Source: Candidatus Aminicenantes bacterium
GTDB taxonomy: Bacteria > Acidobacteriota > Aminicenantia > Aminicenantales > CALLJL01
Assembly: GCA_026416195.1 (NCBI GenBank)
Contig: JAOAFQ010000012.1
Location: 13,955-77,954, forward strand
Direction of reading: 5' to 3'
DNA: 64,000 nt
Under the pieces are notes generated by a model. It did not search any database. It was not told the DNA's origin and saw only the letters and a list, made by a program, of their open reading frames with translations. Below, one piece after another: positions 38,614 to 47,508 of this stretch (position 1 is the stretch's first letter; the number at the start of each line of letters is the position of its first letter). The position numbers and the translations under genes are program-made.

Positions 38614-39831
38614 TTATTCATAGCGAAGAGCCTCAATAGGATCGAGTTTTGAGGCTTTTCGAGCTGGATAAAAGCCGAAAAAGATACCTACAGCGGCAGC
38701 AAAAAAGAAAGCTAAGAAAATAGCATCCGGCGAAACGACCGTTCGCCAGCCGGCGAATCGGCTGATTAACCTTGAGGCAATAAAGCCGACTATAATTCCA
38801 ATTAAACCGCCCATCAGGCACAGGGTTACGGCCTCAGCTAAAAACTGAAGCAAAATATCCCTTTCTCGGGCACCGACTGACATCCTTATTCCTATTTCCC
38901 TAATTCTCTCTGTAACCGAAACCAGCATGATGTTCATAATGCCAATCCCGCCAACTAGAAGGGAGATGCCGGCGATACTCCCTAGAAGAATCGTTAAAAT
39001 TTTCATCGTTTCGGTGGCTGACTCCAGCATTTCTGTCATATTGCGGACAGTAAAGTCATCTTCAGCGCCTGGGGCAATTTTATGGCGGATCCGAAGAAGC
39101 TCCTCAATCTGAGCCTTAGCTTCAGGAGTGCGATTAGCCGAAACAGCTTTAACATCAATCGAATTAATATAATCTTGCCTAACTAGTCTCATTAAAGCTG
39201 TAGTATAAGGCACAATAATCATATCATCTCGGCTCATCCAGCCACCAGTTTCGCCTTTGGAGCGCATGACTCCTAGGACAGTAAAGGGAATCTTTTTAAT
39301 TCGGATTACCTTGCCAATAGGATCTTCATCTTCAAAAAGATTCTTTTTGACCTCTGAACCAAGAATACAAACTTTAGCGCCAGAACGGACATGGCTATCA
39401 TCAAAAAAGGTTCCTAATTCGACATCCCAGTTTCTGATTAAAGGAAATTTTTCATTGGCCCCGGTAATACTCGTATTCCAATTTTTATTGGCATAAACAA
39501 CCTGGGCTCTGGTGTTGACAATTGGCGAAGCATAAAGAACAGCATCACAATTTTGTTCGATGGCTAAAGCATCCTCTACCTTTAAGGATTGCCAACCACC
39601 AAAACCTGTATGTCGCCCTCCAACTGATCGGCTTCCAGGGCTAACAAAAAGAAGATTGGTCCCCATAGCTTGAAACCTTTCTTCGACGGCCGTTTTTGCC
39701 CCTTCGCCAATACTTACCATCGCGATGACTGCCCCAACGCCGATGATGATGCCAAGCGTAGTTAAAAAAGAGCGTAATTTATTTCGAGCAAGAGCTCTAA
39801 CCGAAACTCTTAAAATTCGGAGATAATTCAT
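38614..39831 (-). CDS. MacB-like ABC permease
   Basis: RSFLTTLGIIIGV, GGIGIMNIMLVSVTERIREIGIR, YPARKASKLDPIEALRYE. Confidence 0.95.
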   Translation of the reverse strand: MNYLRILRVSVRALARNKLRSFLTTLGIIIGVGAVIAMVSIGEGAKTAVEERFQAMGTNLLFVSPGSRSVGGRHTGFGGWQSLKVEDALAIEQNCDAVLYASPIVNTRAQVVYANKNWNTSITGANEKFPLIRNWDVELGTFFDDSHVRSGAKVCILGSEVKKNLFEDEDPIGKVIRIKKIPFTVLGVMRSKGETGGWMSRDDMIIVPYTTALMRLVRQDYINSIDVKAVSANRTPEAKAQIEELLRIRHKIAPGAEDDFTVRNMTEMLESATETMKILTILLGSIAGISLLVGGIGIMNIMLVSVTERIREIGIRMSVGARERDILLQFLAEAVTLCLMGGLIGIIVGFIASRLISRFAGWRTVVSPDAIFLAFFFAAAVGIFFGFYPARKASKLDPIEALRYE

Positions 39832-39843
39832 AGCCCCTCCTCA

Positions 39844-40554
39844 TCAAATTTCTTCTCGAATGATTCGGCCGTCTCGGACAAAGATTCGCCTTTTAGTTAT
39901 CGCAGCCACATCAGGGTCATGGGTAACAATGCAGATTGTAATGCCTTGTTCCTCATTCAATCTTTTAAAAATAGCCATGATCTCTTCGCCCGTCTTAGTG
40001 TCGAGATTACCAGTTGGCTCATCTGCTAAAATAATAGATGGGTCATTAACCAAAGCCCGAGCAATAGCCACTCGCTGCATTTCCCCACCTGAAAGTTGGT
40101 TTGTCTGATGATGCTCTCTGCCTTTTAGCCCAACCGAAGCCAAAGCTTTCAAAGCCTTTTCTCTCGCTATTTTATGAGGGACATTAGCATAAAGAAGTGG
40201 TAATTCCACATTTTCTAGAGCCGTGGTGCGAGGCAAAAGATTAAAATTTTGGAAGACAAAGCCAATTTTTTTGTTCCTGATTCGGGCCAATTTATTTCGA
40301 TCGAGCCTCGAAACTTCCTCTCCATCAAGAAAATATTGGCCCGAAGTAGGCTTATCGAGACAGCCGATAATATTCATCAAGGTGGATTTACCTGAGCCTG
40401 AGGGCCCCATAATTGAAATAAACTCCCCTGGTCTGACCACTAAAGAGACGCCCCGAAGGGCATGAACTTCGGTTTCTCCGACTTTATAAATTTTAACCAC
40501 CTTCTCTAAATGAATCAGATTCTCATTTTGACTCTTCATTTTTTCATCTCTCAA
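39844..40554 (-). CDS. MacB/LolD-like ABC ATP-binding protein
   Basis: [42 protein letters not shown]. Confidence 0.95.
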   Translation of the reverse strand: MRDEKMKSQNENLIHLEKVVKIYKVGETEVHALRGVSLVVRPGEFISIMGPSGSGKSTLMNIIGCLDKPTSGQYFLDGEEVSRLDRNKLARIRNKKIGFVFQNFNLLPRTTALENVELPLLYANVPHKIAREKALKALASVGLKGREHHQTNQLSGGEMQRVAIARALVNDPSIILADEPTGNLDTKTGEEIMAIFKRLNEEQGITICIVTHDPDVAAITKRRIFVRDGRIIREEI

Positions 40555-40567
40555 CCATTATTTAAAG

Positions 40568-41962
40568 TTAACGCCGAATAAACATCATTGGCCCAGGCCC
40601 TGGTCCAGGCCCAAAAGATTGGCTTCTGGATTGAGAAGTCGATGTTGGATAAGCATAGCCGACGATAATTTTTTGGCCTTCCTTCAAATCGCCCCATCTA
40701 ATCTCAGTAAAAGAGTTATCGGAAATTCCTGGACGAACAAAAATGGGCCAAAGCTTACCCTTTTCATCCAGAGTCCAAACTCGGCTCATTTGTTGGCGGC
40801 CACCTGCAGGCCTTCGTTCCCCTGAAGGGAATTGACCTTCTTGAGCCATCGGGCCACCCTGGCTAAATCCTCTTTTTTCTCCAGGAGCAAAAGGAAATCG
40901 AGGCTGTTCCTGCCCTTCACCTGCTTTTTGACGCAAAGCCTGGAATTGAGCCATCATCTTCTCTCTGGCTTCCTTCAAGATTCTCTCCATCTCTTCTTGA
41001 CTAATTTCAGGCGAAAAGCGCAGGGCCGCATTGGGCACTCGAAGGACTCCTTTGGCTTCTCCGACGGTAATGGTAACATTAGCCGTCATCCCGGGGAGAA
41101 GCTTTAAATCGGGATTATCGACATCAACGATTGTGGTATAGGTAACTACATTTTGGACAGTTTCGGGTGAATATCGGACCTGGCGAACAACCCCATAAAA
41201 GGTTTCTCCAGGATAAGAATCAACCGTAAACCGAACTCGTTGGCCCTCTTTGACTTTGCCAATATCAGCCTCATCCACACTACATTGGACCTGCATTTTA
41301 CTCAAATCAGTGGCTATTTTGAACAGAACCGGTGCCTGTAAGCTGGCAGCCACAGTTTGACCAACATTTACGTTTCTGGTGATAACCACGCCATCCACCG
41401 GCGAACGAATTATGGTGTAAGCCAGATTAACTCTGCTCGCTTCCAGCTGGCTTTTAGCTTGTTCTAAACGAGCTTCAGCGGCTAGAACCTCGCTTTTTGC
41501 ATTTAAATAGTTAGCTTCTGCGGCTTCTTTTTCTTCATAAGAAATGAGATTCTTTTCAAAAAGACTAAGGGCTCGCTTATACTTCTTCTCAGCAATTTCC
41601 AATGAAACCTTCGCCCTATCTAAAGAAGCCACCGCACTTCGATAATTGGCTTCATCCTGCTGCAAGCGGGCAATGAAGGAATCTTGTTCTAGCTCGGCTA
41701 CAATCTGGCCAGCTTTGACCGGGGAATTAAAATCAACATAAATTTTGGCCACCCGACCTGAAACTTGACTACCCACATCAACCACCGTTACTGGATTAAC
41801 CGTTCCTGAGGTTACAACCGTGGCCTCAATGTCTCCCCGGCTTACCGTTTCGAAGCGATATTTGGGCGTATTATTCTTGCCCTTCTTAATCATTCCATAG
41901 CCAACAATGGCTCCAACAATTACAACTAAGACGATCCCTAAAATAAGCCATTTTTTCTTCAT
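40568..41962 (-). CDS. MacA-like periplasmic adaptor subunit
   Basis: VDVGSQVSGRV, IRSPVDGVV, GQTVAASLQAP, VDEADIGKV, LLPGMTA. Confidence 0.94.
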   Translation of the reverse strand: MKKKWLILGIVLVVIVGAIVGYGMIKKGKNNTPKYRFETVSRGDIEATVVTSGTVNPVTVVDVGSQVSGRVAKIYVDFNSPVKAGQIVAELEQDSFIARLQQDEANYRSAVASLDRAKVSLEIAEKKYKRALSLFEKNLISYEEKEAAEANYLNAKSEVLAAEARLEQAKSQLEASRVNLAYTIIRSPVDGVVITRNVNVGQTVAASLQAPVLFKIATDLSKMQVQCSVDEADIGKVKEGQRVRFTVDSYPGETFYGVVRQVRYSPETVQNVVTYTTIVDVDNPDLKLLPGMTANVTITVGEAKGVLRVPNAALRFSPEISQEEMERILKEAREKMMAQFQALRQKAGEGQEQPRFPFAPGEKRGFSQGGPMAQEGQFPSGERRPAGGRQQMSRVWTLDEKGKLWPIFVRPGISDNSFTEIRWGDLKEGQKIIVGYAYPTSTSQSRSQSFGPGPGPGPMMFIRR

Positions 41963-41987
41963 AGATCATTGCCTCCCTTCTTCATTT

Positions 41988-42410
41988 TTATCTGGGGTAA
42001 TCCCTTTTTCTTTCAGGATATTTTTCCCTTTCCGGTGCCCCCTCTCTTTCTCTTTTCTTTCGGTGCTCTTGAATCATAGCTTGAAGCTTTTCTCTTTGGG
42101 TTGGAGTCAAAAGGTTATCTATTTCTTTCTTAATTTCCTCCCGAATTGCCCCAAGATCATTGTGATAACGAACTCTCAATTCCCTCATTTTTTCATCGGT
42201 ACGGCGAAAAATTTCTTTAATGGCCTTTTGTTGGTCGGCCGAAAGATCAAGTTCTTTGGCCCATTTTTCAAAAGAAGGAGGGGGCCCTTCTCTTCGAGGT
42301 TGAATGCCTCGATGAACAAAAAGCCTCTCACTTAAAAACCCGATCAACCCACCAGCAACAAAGACTAAAATAAAAGAAAGGATCAACCAGAATCTGAAGC
42401 GGCCACTCAT
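41988..42410 (-). CDS. Spy/CpxP-like (LTxxQ) periplasmic helical protein
   Basis: N-terminal TM; ELDLSADQQKAI and LLTPTQREKL repeats. Confidence 0.78.
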   Translation of the reverse strand: MSGRFRFWLILSFILVFVAGGLIGFLSERLFVHRGIQPRREGPPPSFEKWAKELDLSADQQKAIKEIFRRTDEKMRELRVRYHNDLGAIREEIKKEIDNLLTPTQREKLQAMIQEHRKKREREGAPEREKYPERKRDYPR

Positions 42411-42892
42411 GGTAGGTACCTCCTGGATGTCGCCTCCAGAGATGAAAACATCAATCTCAAATTCCTTTGCTCGGGCTGAGGTTCATTCAATATCTGTTGA
42501 ACCTCAGGGAAGGGAGCTTCTTGAAAAATTAAGGCTTCAGTCTGGCTAAAATTAACCGATTTTCCTGGCGGCCAAAAAATCAATAGACCAGTTAAAACAA
42601 TAAGACCAATCAAAGCTATGGTGACTGCTCTGACCAGAATGGGTTGCCAGATTACTTCAGGTTCTGGTCGACCCAAAGCAGCAATTTTTTTATCTAACCT
42701 TTCCCAGAAATAGGGAAGAGGCTCGGCCGTCTGGTCAAGTTTGATCCAAGAAAGAAGTCTTTGATAATCAACCTCTAAACGAGCACATCGGGAGCAATGG
42801 CGAAGGTGCGCCTCTAGCTCACTCCTTTCTTCAGCTGTAATTCGGCCGTCGAAAGACCGAAGTAGCCGTCTTTCAGCCTGACGGCAGTTCAT
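42407..42892 (-). CDS. ZAS (zf-HC2) anti-sigma factor
   Basis: MNCRQ...EAHLRHCSRC (HxxxCxxC), single TM, overlaps the sigma stop. Confidence 0.88.
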   Translation of the reverse strand: MNCRQAERRLLRSFDGRITAEERSELEAHLRHCSRCARLEVDYQRLLSWIKLDQTAEPLPYFWERLDKKIAALGRPEPEVIWQPILVRAVTIALIGLIVLTGLLIFWPPGKSVNFSQTEALIFQEAPFPEVQQILNEPQPEQRNLRLMFSSLEATSRRYLP

Positions 42893-43461
42893 AATACCCT
42901 CCCTTCTTGCCTTAAAAAAGGCTCCATTTTCTCCCGTAAAAGCTTCCGGGCTCGGTGGAGGCGGGAATCCACCGTGCCGATGGAAGTCCCCAAAATGGAA
43001 GCAATTTCCTCATAAGGTAAACCCTCAACGTCTCTTAAAGTTAGAACAATTCTATATTTTTCAGGCAAGGTGGCCATCACCTTGGCCAAAAGTTGTCTCC
43101 TTTTATCCATTATTTCCTCTTCTTCTTGAGTCATTTCCCTTTCATCGGGCATTTGACTTATCTTAGTTTCTTCAAGTCTCTCTTCTCGCTGGATTCTCCG
43201 TTTCATTTTCCTCAAATAATCCTTAATGTGATTGATGGCCAGCCGGTAAAGCCAAGTAGAAAACTCAGCTTTTCCTCGAAAGCCGGGCAGAGCCAAGTAG
43301 GCTTTAAGAAAAACCTCCTGGGCCAAATCATCAGCCGCAGCCCGGTCTCGAGTAAAACCAAATGCCAAATGAAAAACCCGATTTTGATAACGGCTAACCA
43401 ATTCACTAAAAGCTTCAGCTTCGCCAGCGCAGGCCCGGCTAACCAACTCTCTCTCTTCCAT
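42889..43461 (-). CDS. ECF sigma-70 factor
   Basis: DLAQEVFLKAY, FRGKAEFSTWLYRLAIN, EGLPYEEIASIL, GTVDSRLHRAR. Confidence 0.95.
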   Translation of the reverse strand: MEERELVSRACAGEAEAFSELVSRYQNRVFHLAFGFTRDRAAADDLAQEVFLKAYLALPGFRGKAEFSTWLYRLAINHIKDYLRKMKRRIQREERLEETKISQMPDEREMTQEEEEIMDKRRQLLAKVMATLPEKYRIVLTLRDVEGLPYEEIASILGTSIGTVDSRLHRARKLLREKMEPFLRQEGRVL

Positions 43462-43494
43462 TCAGCACACACCGTTGCTTCCTCCATCTAAAAT

Positions 43495-43522
43495 TTAGAC
43501 GGAGGAAGGGTCAAAATCTTCC
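43495..43522 (-). promoter_or_regulatory. Putative ECF promoter copy 1 (GGAAG-N16-CGTCTAA)
   Basis: Minus strand GGAAG 43522-43518, 16-nt spacer, CGTC 43501-43498; 37 nt upstream of the sigma ATG. Confidence 0.7.
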
Positions 43523-43580
43523 CTCGGTAAAATTTTCTCTTCTATTTTAACATTAATGCAGAAAAAGCGAATTTAGTTAC

Positions 43581-43618
43581 AAAGAAAAGGAGGGGAAGGT
43601 CATCTAACCTTCCCCTCC
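43581..43618 (-). terminator. Intrinsic terminator
   Basis: 12-bp perfect stem GGAGGGGAAGGT/ACCTTCCCCTCC (43589-43618), 6-nt loop, then TTTTCTTT on the minus strand; lies between the 124-aa gene and the sigma promoter. Confidence 0.88.
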
Positions 43619-43661
43619 AAGAAACGGTGGGGAAAGAAAGGAGGACGGAGTCAGGGTAAAT

Positions 43662-44036
43662 TTAGGACTTCCGGGTGGCCGACCATTGAATTGAACCAAA
43701 CTGGCCCATTTCAGCTTCGCCAGCCATGTGATCTTTATCCTTAATTTCTCCCTTATAGGTGGTGGTGAATTCGCCTCGTGGAGTTTGCCGAGTAATGGTC
43801 CATTCCACTTTGTTCCCTTCGACTTTACCCTCTCCAGTTATGTCACCTCTTTGAGTCTTCATTGTGACCGTAATCTTAGTTCCTTCCTGTTTGATTTCAA
43901 GCTCGGATTTCATTTCTCCCCTTGGCGATTGGGTCGTCATTTCCCAAGTTCCACTAAGGTTATACTGCTGAGCCAAAAGCAGAGTTAATGGAACAATCAA
44001 GCAAATGCTCACAACCAGCCCTAAAACTTTTCTCAT
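43662..44036 (-). CDS. Small secreted beta-strand-rich hypothetical protein (124 aa)
   Basis: Signal peptide MRKVLGLVVSICLIVPLTLLLAQ; LSGTWEMTT start of a lipocalin-like fold; AAGGAGGT SD; own terminator. Confidence 0.8.
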   Translation of the reverse strand: MRKVLGLVVSICLIVPLTLLLAQQYNLSGTWEMTTQSPRGEMKSELEIKQEGTKITVTMKTQRGDITGEGKVEGNKVEWTITRQTPRGEFTTTYKGEIKDKDHMAGEAEMGQFGSIQWSATRKS

Positions 44037-44129
44037 TGTAGCACCTCCTTAAGCCAGGTTAAGAAATTTAATTTGGCCCAGATAACTGAGCTTCGGCCCT
44101 TCCTTATCTGGGCGATTTAATCCATTTAT

Positions 44130-44157
44130 TATGACGAAGAATTAATTTTTTTCTTCC
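44130..44157 (-). promoter_or_regulatory. Putative ECF promoter copy 2 (GGAAG-N16-CGTCAT)
   Basis: Minus strand GGAAG 44157-44153, 16-nt spacer, CGTC 44136-44133; ~97 nt upstream of ATG 44036. Confidence 0.68.
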
Positions 44158-44206
44158 TTATTAATTTTTTCAAGTTTTCCTCTTAACCAAATTAAAGTGA
44201 AGTAAC

Positions 44207-44806
44207 TTAACTTTTTTTGATTTTTAAACCTTCCAGGTGACGAAGATAATCTTCAGCTGTATCCACATCCATAACAACAGCAGGTTCGTTTACCGAAATT
44301 TCCAGAATATCTTCAGGATGCAGGTGAATTAAATAACGCAGGCCAAGATCAGGTGGACATGATCTTATCTCTTGACGATATTTCAAATCAATAAGGACTG
44401 GATGGCCTCTCTTTCCTTGAAAAATAGGAAGAACCAATCCCTTGCCTTTAAGGCGGTAACCAACAATGAGTAAATCAATAATTGAAGCTGAAATGCCTGG
44501 CTGATCGCCTAAAACCAGCACTATGGCTTCAGTCTCTTCTGGCATTTTTTCAAGGCCGATGATGACTGAAGAAAGCATCCCCTTTGCTGGTTCTGGGTTA
44601 ATTATCACTTCCAAACCTAAAGTTTGGGCTATGGGAGGAATAAAATTATCTTCAGGCCGAATGACGACATAGCTTCGTTTCAACTTGCTTTTTTTAACTG
44701 TGGCCAACACTGTTTCAATAATGCTTTTCCCCTCATAGGGGAGAAGCAACTTTGGCTGGCCCATCCGACGTGATTCGCCGGCAGCTAAAACCAAACCACA
44801 AATCAT
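44207..44806 (-). CDS. MocA/MobA-like molybdenum cofactor nucleotidyltransferase
   Basis: LVLAAGESRRMGQPKLLL, GMLSS, LGDQP, RGHPV, DVDTAEDY; ATGA overlap with xdhC gives start 44806. Confidence 0.9.
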   Translation of the reverse strand: MICGLVLAAGESRRMGQPKLLLPYEGKSIIETVLATVKKSKLKRSYVVIRPEDNFIPPIAQTLGLEVIINPEPAKGMLSSVIIGLEKMPEETEAIVLVLGDQPGISASIIDLLIVGYRLKGKGLVLPIFQGKRGHPVLIDLKYRQEIRSCPPDLGLRYLIHLHPEDILEISVNEPAVVMDVDTAEDYLRHLEGLKIKKS

Positions 44807-45915
44807 CCGTCTTCTTTTCTTGATTGACGGCGGCAAGCCACGACCTCAGCCATTATACTTAAGGCAATTTCCTCAACTGTCTTAGCTCCAAGATCAAGAC
44901 CAATTGGTGAATGAAGTTTAGCCCAATCTTCTTCTTTGGCCCAGCCTTTTTTGAGGAATTCTTCTCTCATTAAAGCTACTTTCCGCCGGCTTCCAATCAT
45001 CCCAATATAGGCAAATTCTTTTTTTAGACCAACCCGCAAAACTTCGGCATCGTAACGATGACCTCGGGTAACAATAATCAAATAAGAGGTTTTGTCCAGA
45101 GGAAATTTTTCGAGGCTCGAAGCCATATCCGCCGCAATAAAATTTACTTTCGATCTAAGTTCTATTGGCAATTCAAGGTCCGCTCGATCATCAAAAAGAA
45201 AAACCTCAAAGCCTAGAAAAAGACCTAGCCTGGCAACAGCCTGACCAACATGACCGGCCCCGAAAACAAGGAGGCGAGGCAGTGGATAAATAGGTTCGAT
45301 AAACAAAATTTCTTCTCGGCCTTCGGCCGTTCTTCCTTTGATTAATCGCGGTTTTTCATCCTTAAAGAAATCGGCCATTTCTTCCTTGGAAATAAAAGAC
45401 CAAACCTCTTTAGATTGAACTTTATTTTTGATCAAATTTGCTAAAACTTCGCCTTCAGGTAAAAAGAAGTAATCAAGACTAATCTGGTCTGAGGTAGTTT
45501 TTTCAATTAAAATTGATAATAAACCTCGACGCCTCTGTTTTAAACTTCCCCCTACCTCCTTAAAGACCTGATGGTTTTTTTGAGGATTGCCATCAACCAA
45601 AACCAAAGCTTGCCCACCACAAACCGATCCTTCCTCAGCCAAGTCAGCCGCGAAATTCCAGTTAATCAGTTCTGCTCTTTTCAATTTTAGCCACTTTTGG
45701 GCTATCTCAATTATGGCTGCTTCAAAAAAACCACCACCAATAGTTCCAGCAGCTAAACCCTCTAAGGTAATTAAAGCTTTAGCCCCAGCCACTTGGGGCG
45801 TAGAGCCTCTAGTTTCAAGGAGAATGATTAAGGCTACGTTTTTTCCTTGATCAAGAAACTCGGCCAACTGAGTAAAGAGGGAAGGTAATTTCGTTGAAGC
45901 TAAATAAATATCCAT
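44803..45915 (-). CDS. xdhC: XdhC/CoxI family molybdoenzyme maturation factor
   Basis: GSTPQVAGAK, GTIGGG, CGG, FGAGHVG, TRGHRYD, YIGMIGSRRK, PIGLDLGAKTVEEIALSI. Confidence 0.9.
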   Translation of the reverse strand: MDIYLASTKLPSLFTQLAEFLDQGKNVALIILLETRGSTPQVAGAKALITLEGLAAGTIGGGFFEAAIIEIAQKWLKLKRAELINWNFAADLAEEGSVCGGQALVLVDGNPQKNHQVFKEVGGSLKQRRRGLLSILIEKTTSDQISLDYFFLPEGEVLANLIKNKVQSKEVWSFISKEEMADFFKDEKPRLIKGRTAEGREEILFIEPIYPLPRLLVFGAGHVGQAVARLGLFLGFEVFLFDDRADLELPIELRSKVNFIAADMASSLEKFPLDKTSYLIIVTRGHRYDAEVLRVGLKKEFAYIGMIGSRRKVALMREEFLKKGWAKEEDWAKLHSPIGLDLGAKTVEEIALSIMAEVVACRRQSRKEDG

Positions 45916-46110
45916 TTTTATTGCTTTTTATTATACAAAAGGAAGGGGATAAACTAAATGGCAACTTCTTCTCCCGCTTTATCTTGCCTTAAATTTGCCC
46001 TGACAATCAATTCCTTCTAGGGAAAATAAAAAGACCTCAAAATTTAATTGAAAAGGAAAATAAATTTAAGTAAATTGATAAGAAAAATATGAATTAACGA
46101 AGGAGAAAGG

Positions 46111-47337
46111 ATGGAAGAAAGAATTAATCGACGTGATTTCTTTCGATTTGGCCTGAGTGGAACCTTGGCTTTTATTACCACTAAGATCGGATTAAAAGGT
46201 AACAGCCGATCGCCCAGTCTATCTCCTTTAGTTCAGACAAAAGAAAAGCCAAAATTAATTTACCGAACTTTGGGCCAAACAGGTCTTAAAGTAACCGCAG
46301 TGAGTATGGGCGTGATGAATGCTGACAATCCGGACTTAGTCAAAGCGGCTTTGGATGCTGGTATAATTCTCCTTGATACGGCCCATGGGTATCAGCGAGG
46401 CCGGAATGAAGAAATGATTGGCAGCGTGATAAAGGGCAGACCTCGTGACTCTTTTCTTGTGGCCACCAAGATTAACCCACCCACCAGAGACAGGAAGACT
46501 GGAGATTTCCTTCCTGAAACGAGTTCTCAACAGTTTCTGGAGATGCTCGATTTAAGTCTTCAGCGCCTTGGCCTGGATTATGTCGACATTCTCAGCATCC
46601 ATAACACAACTAAGCGAGAGCATGTTTTAAATGAAGTCATTCTTGAAGCTTTGCTTAAGGCAAAAAAAGAAGGAAAAACAAGATTTATTAGTGCTTCCAC
46701 TCATTCCGGCCAAGTTGACGTGATTAAAGGAATGCTCGAAGCCAAGGTTTATGATGTGGTCATTGCTAGTTTTAACTTCCGTCAGCAGAATCGAGAAGAG
46801 GTCCGTCAGGCTTTAAGAGAAGCGGCGGCCGCTGGTCTGGGTGTAATTGCCATGAAAACTCAAGCTGGCGTTTATTGGGATAAAGAAAAAACTCAAAAAA
46901 TCAATATGAAAGCTGCTTTGAAATGGGTGCTTAATGAGCCAGCAGTGCATACTGCCATCCCTGGATTTACCACCTTTGACCAACTGGAAGAAGATCTTTC
47001 GGTTATGGCTGATCTAACCCTGACTGAGGAAGAGCTTAAAGATCTTCGCTTAGGGGAAATTCACAGTGATGGAATGTATTGCCAAGGATGTCTTTCTTGT
47101 CTTGAGACTTGTCCCCAGGAGATACCCATTCCGGACCTTATGCGAGCTTATATGTACGCTTTTGGCTATAATAATTCAAATTTAGCTTTAGATTTATTAA
47201 CTTCTCTTAACTTACCATCCAGACTCTGCCATAATTGCTTAAGTTGCCGCGTTAAATGTCAACTTAATCTTAAGGTTAAGGAGCGCCTCGTCGATTTAGC
47301 TTCGCTTCTACCAGTTTTTACGGTGGCGGCAGGTTAA
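46111..47337 (+). CDS. Tat-exported aldo/keto reductase with C-terminal 2x[4Fe-4S] domain
   Basis: NRRDFFRFG twin-arginine signal; YRTLGQTG, LDTAHGY, VATKI; CQGCLSCLETCP and CHNCLSCRVKC. Confidence 0.88.
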   Translation: MEERINRRDFFRFGLSGTLAFITTKIGLKGNSRSPSLSPLVQTKEKPKLIYRTLGQTGLKVTAVSMGVMNADNPDLVKAALDAGIILLDTAHGYQRGRNEEMIGSVIKGRPRDSFLVATKINPPTRDRKTGDFLPETSSQQFLEMLDLSLQRLGLDYVDILSIHNTTKREHVLNEVILEALLKAKKEGKTRFISASTHSGQVDVIKGMLEAKVYDVVIASFNFRQQNREEVRQALREAAAAGLGVIAMKTQAGVYWDKEKTQKINMKAALKWVLNEPAVHTAIPGFTTFDQLEEDLSVMADLTLTEEELKDLRLGEIHSDGMYCQGCLSCLETCPQEIPIPDLMRAYMYAFGYNNSNLALDLLTSLNLPSRLCHNCLSCRVKCQLNLKVKERLVDLASLLPVFTVAAG

Positions 47338-47352
47338 AATTTAAGCCACTTC

Positions 47353-47380
47353 TTGATTTTTAAATAATTTAGGTTATAAT
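47353..47380 (+). promoter_or_regulatory. Possible sigma70 promoter upstream of small ORF
   Basis: TTGATT-N16-TATAAT. Confidence 0.45.
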
Positions 47381-47433
47381 TAAAGTGTCTTAAATCTTTT
47401 CAAATCATAAAAATCCCTTAAAATTCTTCAAAA

Positions 47434-47460
47434 GGAAGTCTTTCACCTCTTTTTCGTCAA
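47434..47460 (+). promoter_or_regulatory. Putative ECF promoter copy 3 (GGAAG-N16-CGTCAA)
   Basis: GGAAG 47434-47438, 16-nt spacer, CGTC 47455-47458; 51 nt upstream of ATG 47509. Confidence 0.68.
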
Positions 47461-47508
47461 AAGATTAGAGACAGGAATGACATCTTTAATCTAGAGGAGG
47501 TGAGGAAG

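Noticed and set aside
44076-44113. Glycine riboswitch or SRP RNA resemblance (CCGAAG, CUCAG, GGAAG)
   Set aside because: Lacks the GGAGA junction and multi-stem aptamer; too short and wrongly ordered for SRP domain IV
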